Source of the DNA: Candidatus Micrarchaeia archaeon
GTDB taxonomy: Archaea; Micrarchaeota; Micrarchaeia; Micrarchaeales; CABMGC01
Length of the DNA: 15,922 bases
Direction of reading: 5' to 3'
NCBI GenBank assembly: GCA_049976305.1
Contig: JBMFIM010000016.1
Coordinates: 1 to 15,922, forward strand
The notes beneath the pieces are model-generated. The model was not told the origin of the DNA. It did no database searches and saw nothing but the letters and a program-made list of their open reading frames with translations. Position numbers and translations under genes: made by a program. Shown one piece after another: positions 7,107-15,275 of the stretch; within the stretch, counting starts at the first letter, position 1, and every line of letters starts with the position of its first letter.

Positions 7107-8082
7107 AAGTTGGCTTGTTTCTCTTCTAAATTCGCCTAGCCCATATGCCGAGGTGCTAGGCTTGTTCATATACGCAGTACTTGTCGGCTTGCTTGTTATC
7201 CTTGTTGACTATTTCCTTGGCTGGCTTGAGAGAAAGGTTGTTGCAAAAGCACAGCTTAGGCACGGCCCTACAATGGTAGGCAAATTCGGCCTTCTCCAAA
7301 ACCTTGCCGATTTTACCAAGCTCCTTGCAAAATCCAGCTACCTGCCCAAGCGTGCTGACAGGCTTTTGTTCACGCTGGCTTTGCCTTTTATGCTGGCCCT
7401 TGCCATATTTCTGATATTGCTTCTCCCGCTAGTGCCGAGCCTGGGATTTGGCAACTTCGCAAGCAGCCTTGTTCTAGTGTTTGCTCTCTTCTCCTTTACT
7501 CCGCTCTTTATTTTTATAGTAGGCGCTTCTAGCGGCAACAAGTTTGCCGAGATAGGAGCCCAGAGGTCTGTGCTGATGCTTCTCAGCTACGAACTTCCAA
7601 TGATTTTCGTAATTGCCTCTTTAGGCATATTGGCAAGGTCGCTGAATTTGTTTGCTATTGTGCAGGCGCAGTCAAAAATATGGTATATTGCCTTTTTGCC
7701 AATAGGCTTCTTTGTTTTCTTCGTAAGCATGCTGGCTGAGCTTGAGCGTTCGCCTTTTGACCTAAGGGAAGCAGATTCTGAGCTTATCGCAGGCTGGCTT
7801 ACTGATGTAAGTGCGCCAAGCTATACGCTCGCCCTTTTCCTGGACTACACGAAAACATTCTTTGGATCTTTGCTAATGGCTATGCTTTTCTTTGGCGGGT
7901 GGCTCGGCCCAGCATTGCCAGGTCTTGCTTGGCTTCTCATAAAGGCTCTCATAATAGCAGTGTTCATCATGCTTGTGCGTGCAACGGCAATAAGGATGCG
8001 CATAGACCGCGTGCTCAGGCTTGGCTGGTATGTGCTCCTTCCGCTTGCGGTTGTTAATTTAATTATTGCATTTATAGTATGA
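7093..8082 (+). CDS. nuoH: Complex I-like oxidoreductase subunit H
   Basis: LERK..A..QLRHGP, GLLQNLAD..KLL.K, SYELP and RSPFDLREADSELIAG; polytopic. Confidence 0.95.
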   Translation: MLIGESWLVSLLNSPSPYAEVLGLFIYAVLVGLLVILVDYFLGWLERKVVAKAQLRHGPTMVGKFGLLQNLADFTKLLAKSSYLPKRADRLLFTLALPFMLALAIFLILLLPLVPSLGFGNFASSLVLVFALFSFTPLFIFIVGASSGNKFAEIGAQRSVLMLLSYELPMIFVIASLGILARSLNLFAIVQAQSKIWYIAFLPIGFFVFFVSMLAELERSPFDLREADSELIAGWLTDVSAPSYTLALFLDYTKTFFGSLLMAMLFFGGWLGPALPGLAWLLIKALIIAVFIMLVRATAIRMRIDRVLRLGWYVLLPLAVVNLIIAFIV

Positions 8083-8086
8083 TTGT

Positions 8087-8449
8087 ATGATCATAAGCTC
8101 CATTGCAAAAACTGCAAAAGCGCTCGCGCAACGCAGGTTTACCTTGGACTTTCCGAATGAGCGAGAGCAGCTGAGCGACAGGGAGCGATACATGCTAAGG
8201 CTAGATATGCCGACGTGCATAAGCTGCGGGGCGTGCGAGCGCGTATGTCCTAACAAAACCATAGAGATGGTAAATGTTGAAAGCGAAAAGCCCAACAAGA
8301 AGATGCCTAAAATAGACATAGAGCGCTGCATGTTCTGCGGGCTTTGTGCAGAAGTATGCCCTACAAAATGCCTGGTAATGACAAAAAGCTACGACTTTGA
8401 AGCCTATGACAAAAGGTCGTTTGTAAAAAGGCCGGAGGACTTGGAATGA
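8087..8449 (+). CDS. nuoI: Complex I-like oxidoreductase subunit I (2x[4Fe-4S])
   Basis: CISCGACERVCP and CMFCGLCAEVCP, N-terminal TLDFP, and position after nuoH. Confidence 0.93.
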   Translation: MIISSIAKTAKALAQRRFTLDFPNEREQLSDRERYMLRLDMPTCISCGACERVCPNKTIEMVNVESEKPNKKMPKIDIERCMFCGLCAEVCPTKCLVMTKSYDFEAYDKRSFVKRPEDLE

Positions 8450-8453
8450 TTAT

Positions 8454-8927
8454 ATGCTGATTGCTTTGGTTGTGTTTGGCCTGCTTGCATTCCTTTTCTC
8501 TTTAGGCATAGTCCTGTCAAAGAGCCTGCTCCGCAGCGTTGCCATGCTGGCGCTTGCCGCATTTTCAAGCGCCATACTTCTTTACCTGATAGGCGCTTCT
8601 GCAATAGCGGCTTTGCAGCTTCTTGTACTTGTTGGAGGCTTGTCAACCTACTTTATGTTGAGCATCGCCGCTGAAGAAAAGGAGAAGGAATCGCGGCGCA
8701 TGCAGCTCGGCTATTTGGGATTGAGTATTGCGATGGCGCTGCTCCTTTGCTTTGCTTTCTATCTGCCTTCTCTGGGCGTTAGCCTTTCTGGCATCAATGT
8801 TGGCAAGTTGGTAAACTCCTCGTTCAGTTCATATTACTTGCTTCTCTATTCAGTTGTTTTGCTGCTGTTCTTTGTGGCGGTCGCAAGCGCAATCGCCATT
8901 AAACATATGAGGCGACAATATGCTTGA
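8454..8927 (+). CDS. nuoJ: Complex I-like oxidoreductase subunit J
   Basis: About five hydrophobic segments, with A..IAALQLLVLVGG (equivalent of QxxVYxGA), between nuoI and nuoK. Confidence 0.8.
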   Translation: MLIALVVFGLLAFLFSLGIVLSKSLLRSVAMLALAAFSSAILLYLIGASAIAALQLLVLVGGLSTYFMLSIAAEEKEKESRRMQLGYLGLSIAMALLLCFAFYLPSLGVSLSGINVGKLVNSSFSSYYLLLYSVVLLLFFVAVASAIAIKHMRRQYA

Positions 8928-9222
8928 GTTTGTTGCGTTGATGTTTGCAAGCCTTGCGGTATTCTCCGCTGGCTTTGTTGGAGCAGTCTTCGGCAGACAT
9001 TTCATAAAGGTGATGCTGTCGCTAGAAGCAGCGCTGCTCGCTTCAACAATTTTGCTCGTTGGATTTGTAGCCTATAACGAGAGTGGGGCAGGGCTTATGC
9101 TGCTTATACTCATCTGGGGATCCATGGCGGTAGAGGCGATAGTGACATTAACCTTCTATGTGCTAATGAAGTCAAGGGGCATTGGGTTTGATGTTTCAAA
9201 GCTTAACAGGTACAAATGGTAG
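8920..9222 (+). CDS. nuoK: Complex I-like oxidoreductase subunit K
   Basis: 100 aa with three TM segments; both conserved glutamates are present (MLSLE, AVEA). Confidence 0.88.
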   Translation: MLEFVALMFASLAVFSAGFVGAVFGRHFIKVMLSLEAALLASTILLVGFVAYNESGAGLMLLILIWGSMAVEAIVTLTFYVLMKSRGIGFDVSKLNRYKW

Positions 9223-9232
9223 GTGTTAGCTG

Positions 9233-10966
9233 ATGGGCTTTGTAGGCTTTACGGTCTTGCCTGAACTGATTGGCTTAGCTTTGCTTGCAGTCTTGGATGA
9301 TGGCAAAGCGAAATATGTCGCATTGGGCGCAAGCCTATTTAGCCTGGTAATGCTTCCTTTCTTCTCCGCCCCAGGTGCCATCAATTGGTTTAGCTTTGGC
9401 AACATCCAGTTTCAGATAGCAATGTCAGCGGGCGCGCTCAACGAGCTTTTGCTTTGGCTTGTTGCAGTGCTTGCGCCCATAGTCTTGTTCTACTCCTTTG
9501 GCTTCATTACGTTGCCAAGTGAGCAGAAAAGGTACTATGCTGAGATGCTGATCTTTGTGGCAAGCATGCTGCTTGTAGCGATGAGTGCCAGCTTCATAAC
9601 CCTGTTTATAGGCTGGGAGATGCTTAGCGTGAGCAGCTATCTGCTTGTGGGCTTCTGGTATTTTAAGGAGAAAGCCACTAAGGCCGCAAGAAGCGTTATA
9701 AGCACAGTGCTCATAGGAGATATTGCTTTGTTCGCTTCGCTAGTTATTATTGGAATGTCCTTAGGTTCATTCAACTTCTCTGCGCTCAATGCACATGCAT
9801 CCCTGGCCTTAAGGCTTGCCTCTTTGCTTTTACTGGCTGCGCTGTTCGTCAAATCTGCGCAGTTTCCTTTTCACGAATGGCTTTCGGATGCGATGGAGGG
9901 CCCAGCACCGGTGTCTGCAATGCTCCACTCGGCAACTATGGTCAAAGCAGGAGTTTTTGTAGCAATGCTTCTGTTTCCCTTCTTCCTTTCTCTTCATGTA
10001 AGCTATCTAATGCTGGTTTTCGGTCTTATCACCGCCTTTATCGCAACGTTCAACGCGATGAGGGAAACGCACATCAAGAAGGTCTTAGCCTATTCCACAA
10101 TCCAGGAGCTTAGCCTTATGTTTGTTGCCATAGGTAGCAACGCCTTGCTTGCCGCAGCCTATTTCTTCCTCATCCAAAGTTTCTACAAGGCTTTGCTGTT
10201 CTTCTCTTCAGGCGTCATAATGAACGCTACTGGAAAAGAAAGCCTGAAGGAAGTAAGCGGCCTGTCAAGCAACAAGCTTGCGTTCATCACCACTATCTTC
10301 GGCGTGCTCTCGCTAGCAGGGTTTGTTCCTTTTAGTGGCTTCTTCGCAAGCATAGGAATTAGCTCTTCGCTTTCTAGCAACATGCTTGTTTACGCGCTAA
10401 TCTCCTTGCTTAGCTTCTTTACAAGCTTTTTCATATTCAGATGGTTTGCGATGTGCGCAAAGCCGGCAAGGACAGAGCGGGAAAGGCTTCTCTACCTTGG
10501 TTTGCCAAAAAGTATGCTTGCCAGCATGTCCGTATTGGCTGCTTTCACGCTTCTTGCTAGCGTTTTAGCCCTTTATCTGCCTGGGCTTTTGAAAAGCGTC
10601 CCGTATATGGCCTACAACCTTCCCCATCCTACGCCTTTTGATGCAATCATAGCAATGCTAGCAATCTCAGCAGGTTCTTTAGTTTCCTTATTCCTCTACC
10701 GCAAAGGCGAGCTAGGAAATAGGCTGAATGCAATACAAACCACTAAGGAAATGAAGGCATTTTACGCATATGTTGCCTATTTCTTCATGCTTCTCGGAGA
10801 GGGCGTGTACTTATTCGATTACTTGCTTAGCAGCTTCTTCGATTTTATCGGTGTAGAAACCAGTAACTTGGGTAATGCTGCGAGAAAGCTTGCAACAGGC
10901 AATGTGCTAGTTTACGCTTTGCTTGTAGTGCTGGCTTTGCTTGTTGTGGTACTTGTGGTGAGATAA
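9233..10966 (+). CDS. nuoL: Complex I-like antiporter subunit L
   Basis: FIGWE..SYLLVGFW, KSAQFPFHEWLSDAMEGPAPVSAMLHSATMV.AGV, KKVLAYST and KALLF, plus a C-terminal lateral helix ending RKLATG..YA and a final TM. Confidence 0.93.
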   Translation: MGFVGFTVLPELIGLALLAVLDDGKAKYVALGASLFSLVMLPFFSAPGAINWFSFGNIQFQIAMSAGALNELLLWLVAVLAPIVLFYSFGFITLPSEQKRYYAEMLIFVASMLLVAMSASFITLFIGWEMLSVSSYLLVGFWYFKEKATKAARSVISTVLIGDIALFASLVIIGMSLGSFNFSALNAHASLALRLASLLLLAALFVKSAQFPFHEWLSDAMEGPAPVSAMLHSATMVKAGVFVAMLLFPFFLSLHVSYLMLVFGLITAFIATFNAMRETHIKKVLAYSTIQELSLMFVAIGSNALLAAAYFFLIQSFYKALLFFSSGVIMNATGKESLKEVSGLSSNKLAFITTIFGVLSLAGFVPFSGFFASIGISSSLSSNMLVYALISLLSFFTSFFIFRWFAMCAKPARTERERLLYLGLPKSMLASMSVLAAFTLLASVLALYLPGLLKSVPYMAYNLPHPTPFDAIIAMLAISAGSLVSLFLYRKGELGNRLNAIQTTKEMKAFYAYVAYFFMLLGEGVYLFDYLLSSFFDFIGVETSNLGNAARKLATGNVLVYALLVVLALLVVVLVVR

Positions 10967-12318
10967 TGCTTGGTCTTGCTTTCTTTGCGTTGTCTTTGCT
11001 CCTTGCTTTCGGAAACTTGTATTGGCTTTACTCGCAAAACAAGCGCGGCTCTTTTGCCTTTAACCTTGTTCTTCTTGCAGCTTTATTTGTTCTGAGCTTT
11101 CATCTTTTCTCAATTAGCAAAGTCTATGCTGGAGTGTTAAATATCAACGCTTTTGGCGCCTTTTTTGCAATGCTTTTGCTCCTTGCGCTCTTGCTATTGA
11201 ACGCTCTAGCCTATGCCTATTCCCACGAGTACCCTGTTTTTGCAGGGCTTTCGTCTTTTATGCTCCTTGGCTCTTTTGCAGTGATTTTCTCAGCAGTTGT
11301 GCCCTTGATTTTTATTGGGTTGGAATTGGTAGTACTGCCTGCTGTTTTCATAATCTCTCTTTCTACAAGGAGAAGCGTTGAAGCCGCTGTGAAGTACCTC
11401 ATTATCTCGGCAATGTCTACCGCGGCGTTTGCGCTTGCCATGGTGTTTATGTTTGGTGCTTCTGGCAGCATAATGCTTAGCCAAGTAGCCAGCACTGCCT
11501 TCTCTCTTGGCGCCTTGGCGCTTTTCTTTGTGGCTTTGGGCATAGAGTCTTCGCAGTTTCCTTTCAGCGTGGTGTTTCCAGACGTCTATGAAGGTTCAGC
11601 AGCGTATGCAACTGCGATGCTTGGCGGATTTAACAAAGTAGTCGGTTTTGCAGCATTGATATTAGTTATAGGCGTAGCCTTCTCCACGTTTAAGCTCTCT
11701 AGCTATATTGCCGCTGGCTTCGCAGTGCTTACAATGTTCTACGGCAATCTAGCAGCACTTCGCCAGCAAAACCTGAAGAGGCTGATGGCTTATTCTTCTA
11801 TTTCTCAGGCCGGCTACATAATAATAGGCCTTGCCGCGGGTTCTAACTCCGGAATAGAAGCAATGCTTTTCCAGCTGTTTGCCCATTCATTCCTTTTCAT
11901 CGGCGCGTTGGCAGTAATTTCGTGGCTTGAAAGCATGGGAAGGGGCAACATAGACGGCGTAATAGGGCTAAAGGATGAGAACAAGCTTGCCGCATTCGCT
12001 CTAGCCCTTTTCTTGCTGAGCCTTATTGGCATGCCTTTTACCACTGGCTTTGTTGGAAAGTTCTTGCTTTTCCTTAGTGCAGTACAGGCAAACCTTGTTT
12101 GGCTTGCGATACTGGGCATTTTAAACAGCATAATCTCTATTTTCTACTATGCCAAAGTGATTACTGCCGCTTTAACATCAAAGTTTAATGCAAGAAAGCA
12201 GTCAATGCCGATTCCTGTGCTGCTTGTGCTAATTGCGTGCATAGCAATTACTCTTCTATTTGGCATATTTGCCTCGCCAATAGTTAGCTTGGCAGAAGCG
12301 GCAGCAACAAGTCTATAA
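10966..12318 (+). CDS. nuoN: Complex I-like antiporter subunit N
   Basis: GLEL, SVEAAVKYL, PDVYEGS, GNLAALRQQNLKRLMAYSSISQAGY and GMPFTTGFVGKF (TM12 Lys, N-type rather than the M-type Glu). TAATG overlap with nuoL. Confidence 0.9.
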   Translation: MLGLAFFALSLLLAFGNLYWLYSQNKRGSFAFNLVLLAALFVLSFHLFSISKVYAGVLNINAFGAFFAMLLLLALLLLNALAYAYSHEYPVFAGLSSFMLLGSFAVIFSAVVPLIFIGLELVVLPAVFIISLSTRRSVEAAVKYLIISAMSTAAFALAMVFMFGASGSIMLSQVASTAFSLGALALFFVALGIESSQFPFSVVFPDVYEGSAAYATAMLGGFNKVVGFAALILVIGVAFSTFKLSSYIAAGFAVLTMFYGNLAALRQQNLKRLMAYSSISQAGYIIIGLAAGSNSGIEAMLFQLFAHSFLFIGALAVISWLESMGRGNIDGVIGLKDENKLAAFALALFLLSLIGMPFTTGFVGKFLLFLSAVQANLVWLAILGILNSIISIFYYAKVITAALTSKFNARKQSMPIPVLLVLIACIAITLLFGIFASPIVSLAEAAATSL

Positions 12319-15105
12319 TTACCTTCTGCCGTATCTGCTCATAAACATCAAATATCTGCTTAGCACGTTGCTCGGTGCCGAAGGCCTTGTTGCCTTTATT
12401 ATGTTAACAAGATCTTGCATGCTGATCTTGGTTTCTGTTTCTTTCGCTATGCTTGCTTCTAGCGCATTCATTTTTGCCTGCCTGCAAATGTTTGCAATAT
12501 CTGCGCCAGTATAACCTGGAGTCATGTCTGCGAGTTTCTCAAAATCTACGTCTTCGCTGAGCGGCGCATTTTCTAAATATTCTTTAAATAAGGCAACTCT
12601 GTCATCGCGTTCTGGAGGGCCTACATAAACAAGCTTATCAAATCTACCGGATCTTATGACAGCAGGGTCAAGCACATCAGGTCTGTTTGTGGCAGCAACA
12701 ACTACTACGTTATTGCCCTCTTCGGTCAGCTTGTCAAATTCTTGCAGGAATTCGCCAGTTATTTCAACCCCTATCTGGTTTGTAGAACCTCTTTCAGGTA
12801 CTATTGCATCTATTTCGTCTATGAATATGATTGAAGGCTCATTCTCTTTAGCCCTATTGAATATTTCCTTAATGGTATTGACTGCGTTCTCTATGCCTGA
12901 CTTGCTCAGATCTGATCCGGACAAGCCTATGAAATGCACATCCCCAAGCTCGCTTGCGATGGCGCGCATAAGCATAGTCTTTCCAGTTCCAGGCGGCCCG
13001 AAAAGCAATATGCCATGTATGTTCTCTACCCCGTATTTCTTAACAAGATCTGGGTGCAGAATCGGCACCTCCACTGCTTCGAAAAGCGCCTTCTTCGCTT
13101 CTTGCAAATCTACAACATCATCTAAACTAATTTTTCCTTTTCCAGGCTCCTCTGCCTTTTCAGGATGAAGCATTCTTTCAAAGTCCAGTTGGAATGTGTT
13201 ATATTCCTCTATCATAGCCAGCGATGTAGAAGGCTTGACGTGCTTCAGCACAGAGATTATGTCGTCCATTGTGATTTGGAGAACTTTCTTTTCCTTCAAT
13301 GCCTCCTCTGATACCTCTCTTGCAACCTCTTCAGCAAGATGCTTTATGTCAGCACCAGAAAATCTTTGCGTCATTTCTGAAAGTTTTTCATAATCTATAT
13401 CGTTAGAAACAGGCAGCTTAGAGAAATAATACCTGAGTATCTCCTCTCTACCTTTCTGATCGGGAAGCCTAAGATAAATCGCTTTGTCAAACCTGCCAGG
13501 CCTGAGCAAAGCAGGGTCTAGCAGCTGAGGCGCGTTCGTTGCTCCAACTACTACGACTCCAGGAGTTTTAAGGAAACCATCCATGTTTGTTAGCAAAGCA
13601 GTGAGCACTTCCCTTACCGATTCTGATATATCCCCAGCTCTGCTCCTTGCAATTGCATCAATCTCATCTATGAAAAGAACTGCTGGCGCATGCTTCTTAG
13701 CTGTTTCAAATATTTTTTTAATAGCATTGGAGCTCTCTCCAGGATATGCTGACAATAAGGTTGGGGCAGATACGTAAAGGAAGCCCGCTCTTATCTCGTT
13801 TGCAAGGGCCCTCATTAGTAGAGTCTTACCTGTACCTGGTGGTCCAAAAAGCAATATGCCTTTGGCAGGCGTTACGCCATATGCTCCAGTAATCTCCCTA
13901 TGCTCTATGGGCGTTATCACTGCTTCTATCAATTCCTTTTTGACATTATCATAATCAGCTACGTCAGCAAAAGTTTCAGTAGGTGTTACGAGTGCGTTGC
14001 CCACATCGCCAAACTTGCTCAAGAAATCCTGCTTCATAACATCTAGAGCCTTTACAATCTCTACATTCTGTGATTCAAAGAGAAATACCATTAGTACCCC
14101 TACCCCAAAACCTAGGAAAGCTAGCATTGGTGTCATTGCTGCGTGGGTCAAGGCTCCGAGTATAATATAGGCTATTGGTATTGCTAAGCTAAGCAAGCTT
14201 GCCTTTGTACCTTTAAACTCAGACTTTTCCTTTATTGCATAACTGGCCATTGCAAAAACTAGAACTTCCCAAACTATAAGTTGCACAACTAGCAAAGGCA
14301 TTAAGTAAGCGATAGCATAGCCTGCAAGCACAAAGCCTGCCGAAAGGTCCGATGCTACTTTTATGCTGAAGAATTCTGAAATGCTGTTAATGAGGCTTTG
14401 TGTGAAGTTGCCCAAAGCAGGCATGGTTTTTGAAGGCATGAGATAAATTCCTGCAGGGTTTGCCTTTACCGCTGCATTTGCCTGGGTTGTGTTGAACAGG
14501 ATTGGAGCAGAAGTGCTTATTCCCGAAAGACCGGAAAAGACAGCAAGCGCAATAAATGCACCAAGAGTGGCTAGCGAGGCTCTTTTTATTCCTAGTACAA
14601 ACACTGCAATTATGAATGTGGGCAATTCAAGTAGTGCACCCAGAGGTGAGAGTGGAAGCATTATAAGGCTGAAGAGAAGTGAGAGGGTTCTGTAGTGCAT
14701 AAAGCCTGCAAATAAGGCTATAATAACAAGAATGCTGAATACCCATCCAAGCAAAGGCGCTTGGTAAATAATAGGAGGATAGGAAAATAGAAGCATTACA
14801 AGAAGGCCCAAAAGAGGGTGGATAAGAGCTACACCTATGATTATTGCTATCAGAACTATGGCTATAGGCAAGGAGTAGAATTTGAAGGCAAGCGCCAGGC
14901 TTATGAAAGCGAACGCAAGCAATACCGCGTCTGCAAAGTATCTATAGGATACTACCTCTTTAACGAGATCCTTGAACCAAAAATATGAAAAGGGCGTCCA
15001 AATGCTTCTTCTCCTTCCGCTTGTTGCCATTGGGCTTGGTAGCTGTGCCGATGGCGTAGGCTGCACGTTTGGAGATTTCTGCTTTCTAAATTTAGCCTTA
15101 GCCAA
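12319..15105 (-). CDS. Membrane-anchored tandem AAA+ ATPase (Cdc48/VCP-like D1-D2 with a polytopic N-terminal domain; MBA-like)
   Basis: Two AAA modules, each with GPPGTGKT, FIDEID and an SRH (ATN..LDPA..R.GRFD), preceded by roughly 300 aa of hydrophobic helices. The start is uncertain (TTG 15105 after GGTGG, GTG 15114, TTG 15117 or ATG 15030); the track start at 15240 lies inside tRNA-Tyr. Confidence 0.88.
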   Translation of the reverse strand: MAKAKFRKQKSPNVQPTPSAQLPSPMATSGRRRSIWTPFSYFWFKDLVKEVVSYRYFADAVLLAFAFISLALAFKFYSLPIAIVLIAIIIGVALIHPLLGLLVMLLFSYPPIIYQAPLLGWVFSILVIIALFAGFMHYRTLSLLFSLIMLPLSPLGALLELPTFIIAVFVLGIKRASLATLGAFIALAVFSGLSGISTSAPILFNTTQANAAVKANPAGIYLMPSKTMPALGNFTQSLINSISEFFSIKVASDLSAGFVLAGYAIAYLMPLLVVQLIVWEVLVFAMASYAIKEKSEFKGTKASLLSLAIPIAYIILGALTHAAMTPMLAFLGFGVGVLMVFLFESQNVEIVKALDVMKQDFLSKFGDVGNALVTPTETFADVADYDNVKKELIEAVITPIEHREITGAYGVTPAKGILLFGPPGTGKTLLMRALANEIRAGFLYVSAPTLLSAYPGESSNAIKKIFETAKKHAPAVLFIDEIDAIARSRAGDISESVREVLTALLTNMDGFLKTPGVVVVGATNAPQLLDPALLRPGRFDKAIYLRLPDQKGREEILRYYFSKLPVSNDIDYEKLSEMTQRFSGADIKHLAEEVAREVSEEALKEKKVLQITMDDIISVLKHVKPSTSLAMIEEYNTFQLDFERMLHPEKAEEPGKGKISLDDVVDLQEAKKALFEAVEVPILHPDLVKKYGVENIHGILLFGPPGTGKTMLMRAIASELGDVHFIGLSGSDLSKSGIENAVNTIKEIFNRAKENEPSIIFIDEIDAIVPERGSTNQIGVEITGEFLQEFDKLTEEGNNVVVVAATNRPDVLDPAVIRSGRFDKLVYVGPPERDDRVALFKEYLENAPLSEDVDFEKLADMTPGYTGADIANICRQAKMNALEASIAKETETKISMQDLVNIIKATRPSAPSNVLSRYLMFMSRYGRR

Positions 15106-15132
15106 ACTGGCCACCAACTCTTTATCGCAAAT

Positions 15133-15144
15133 AATATTAATATT
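15133..15144. promoter_or_regulatory. Palindromic AT element, candidate bidirectional TATA for the ATPase (-) and tRNA-Tyr (+)
   Basis: AATATTAATATT is self-complementary and lies about 25-35 nt from both the tRNA 5' end (15168) and the candidate ATPase starts. Confidence 0.45.
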
Positions 15145-15167
15145 GATTTCATATATCTCTTCTGCTA

Positions 15168-15255
15168 CCCGCAGTAGCTCAATGGCTAGAGCGACCGGCT
15201 GTAGCGTGACATCGAAGATACCGGTAGGTTGGGTGTTCAATTCACCCCTGCGGGA
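15168..15255 (+). tRNA. trnY: tRNA-Tyr(GUA) with a 15-nt intron at 37/38 (15205-15219)
   Basis: Acceptor stem CCCGCAG/CTGCGGG plus discriminator A (C1:G72 and A73 are the archaeal Tyr identity elements). D-arm GCTC-AATGGCTA-GAGC, anticodon stem ACCGG/CCGGT, loop CT-GTA-G^A interrupted by CGTGACATCGAAGAT, T-arm GGGTG-TTCAATT-CACCC. CCA is not encoded. Confidence 0.93.
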
Positions 15256-15275
15256 AAACTAAATTTAGTGATTTT

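Noticed and set aside
10966..12318. Calling the last antiporter subunit NuoM
   Set aside because: EAAVKY, PDVYEG and the TM12 Lys (GFVGKF) are NuoN features; NuoM has Glu at TM12 and an HxWLPxAH motif.
15106..15240. N-terminal 45 aa of the 973-aa ATPase ORF and its apparent GGGGTGA ribosome-binding site
   Set aside because: The segment overlaps tRNA-Tyr on the opposite strand and the AT-rich promoter; the apparent RBS is the complement of the tRNA T-arm.
156..15262. Numerous short antisense or alternate-frame ORFs in the track (e.g. 156-443, 540-911, 1795-2232, 1941-2447, 4236-4472, 11217-11543, 12656-13168, 14972-15262)
   Set aside because: They are shadows of well-supported genes and have no recognisable motifs.
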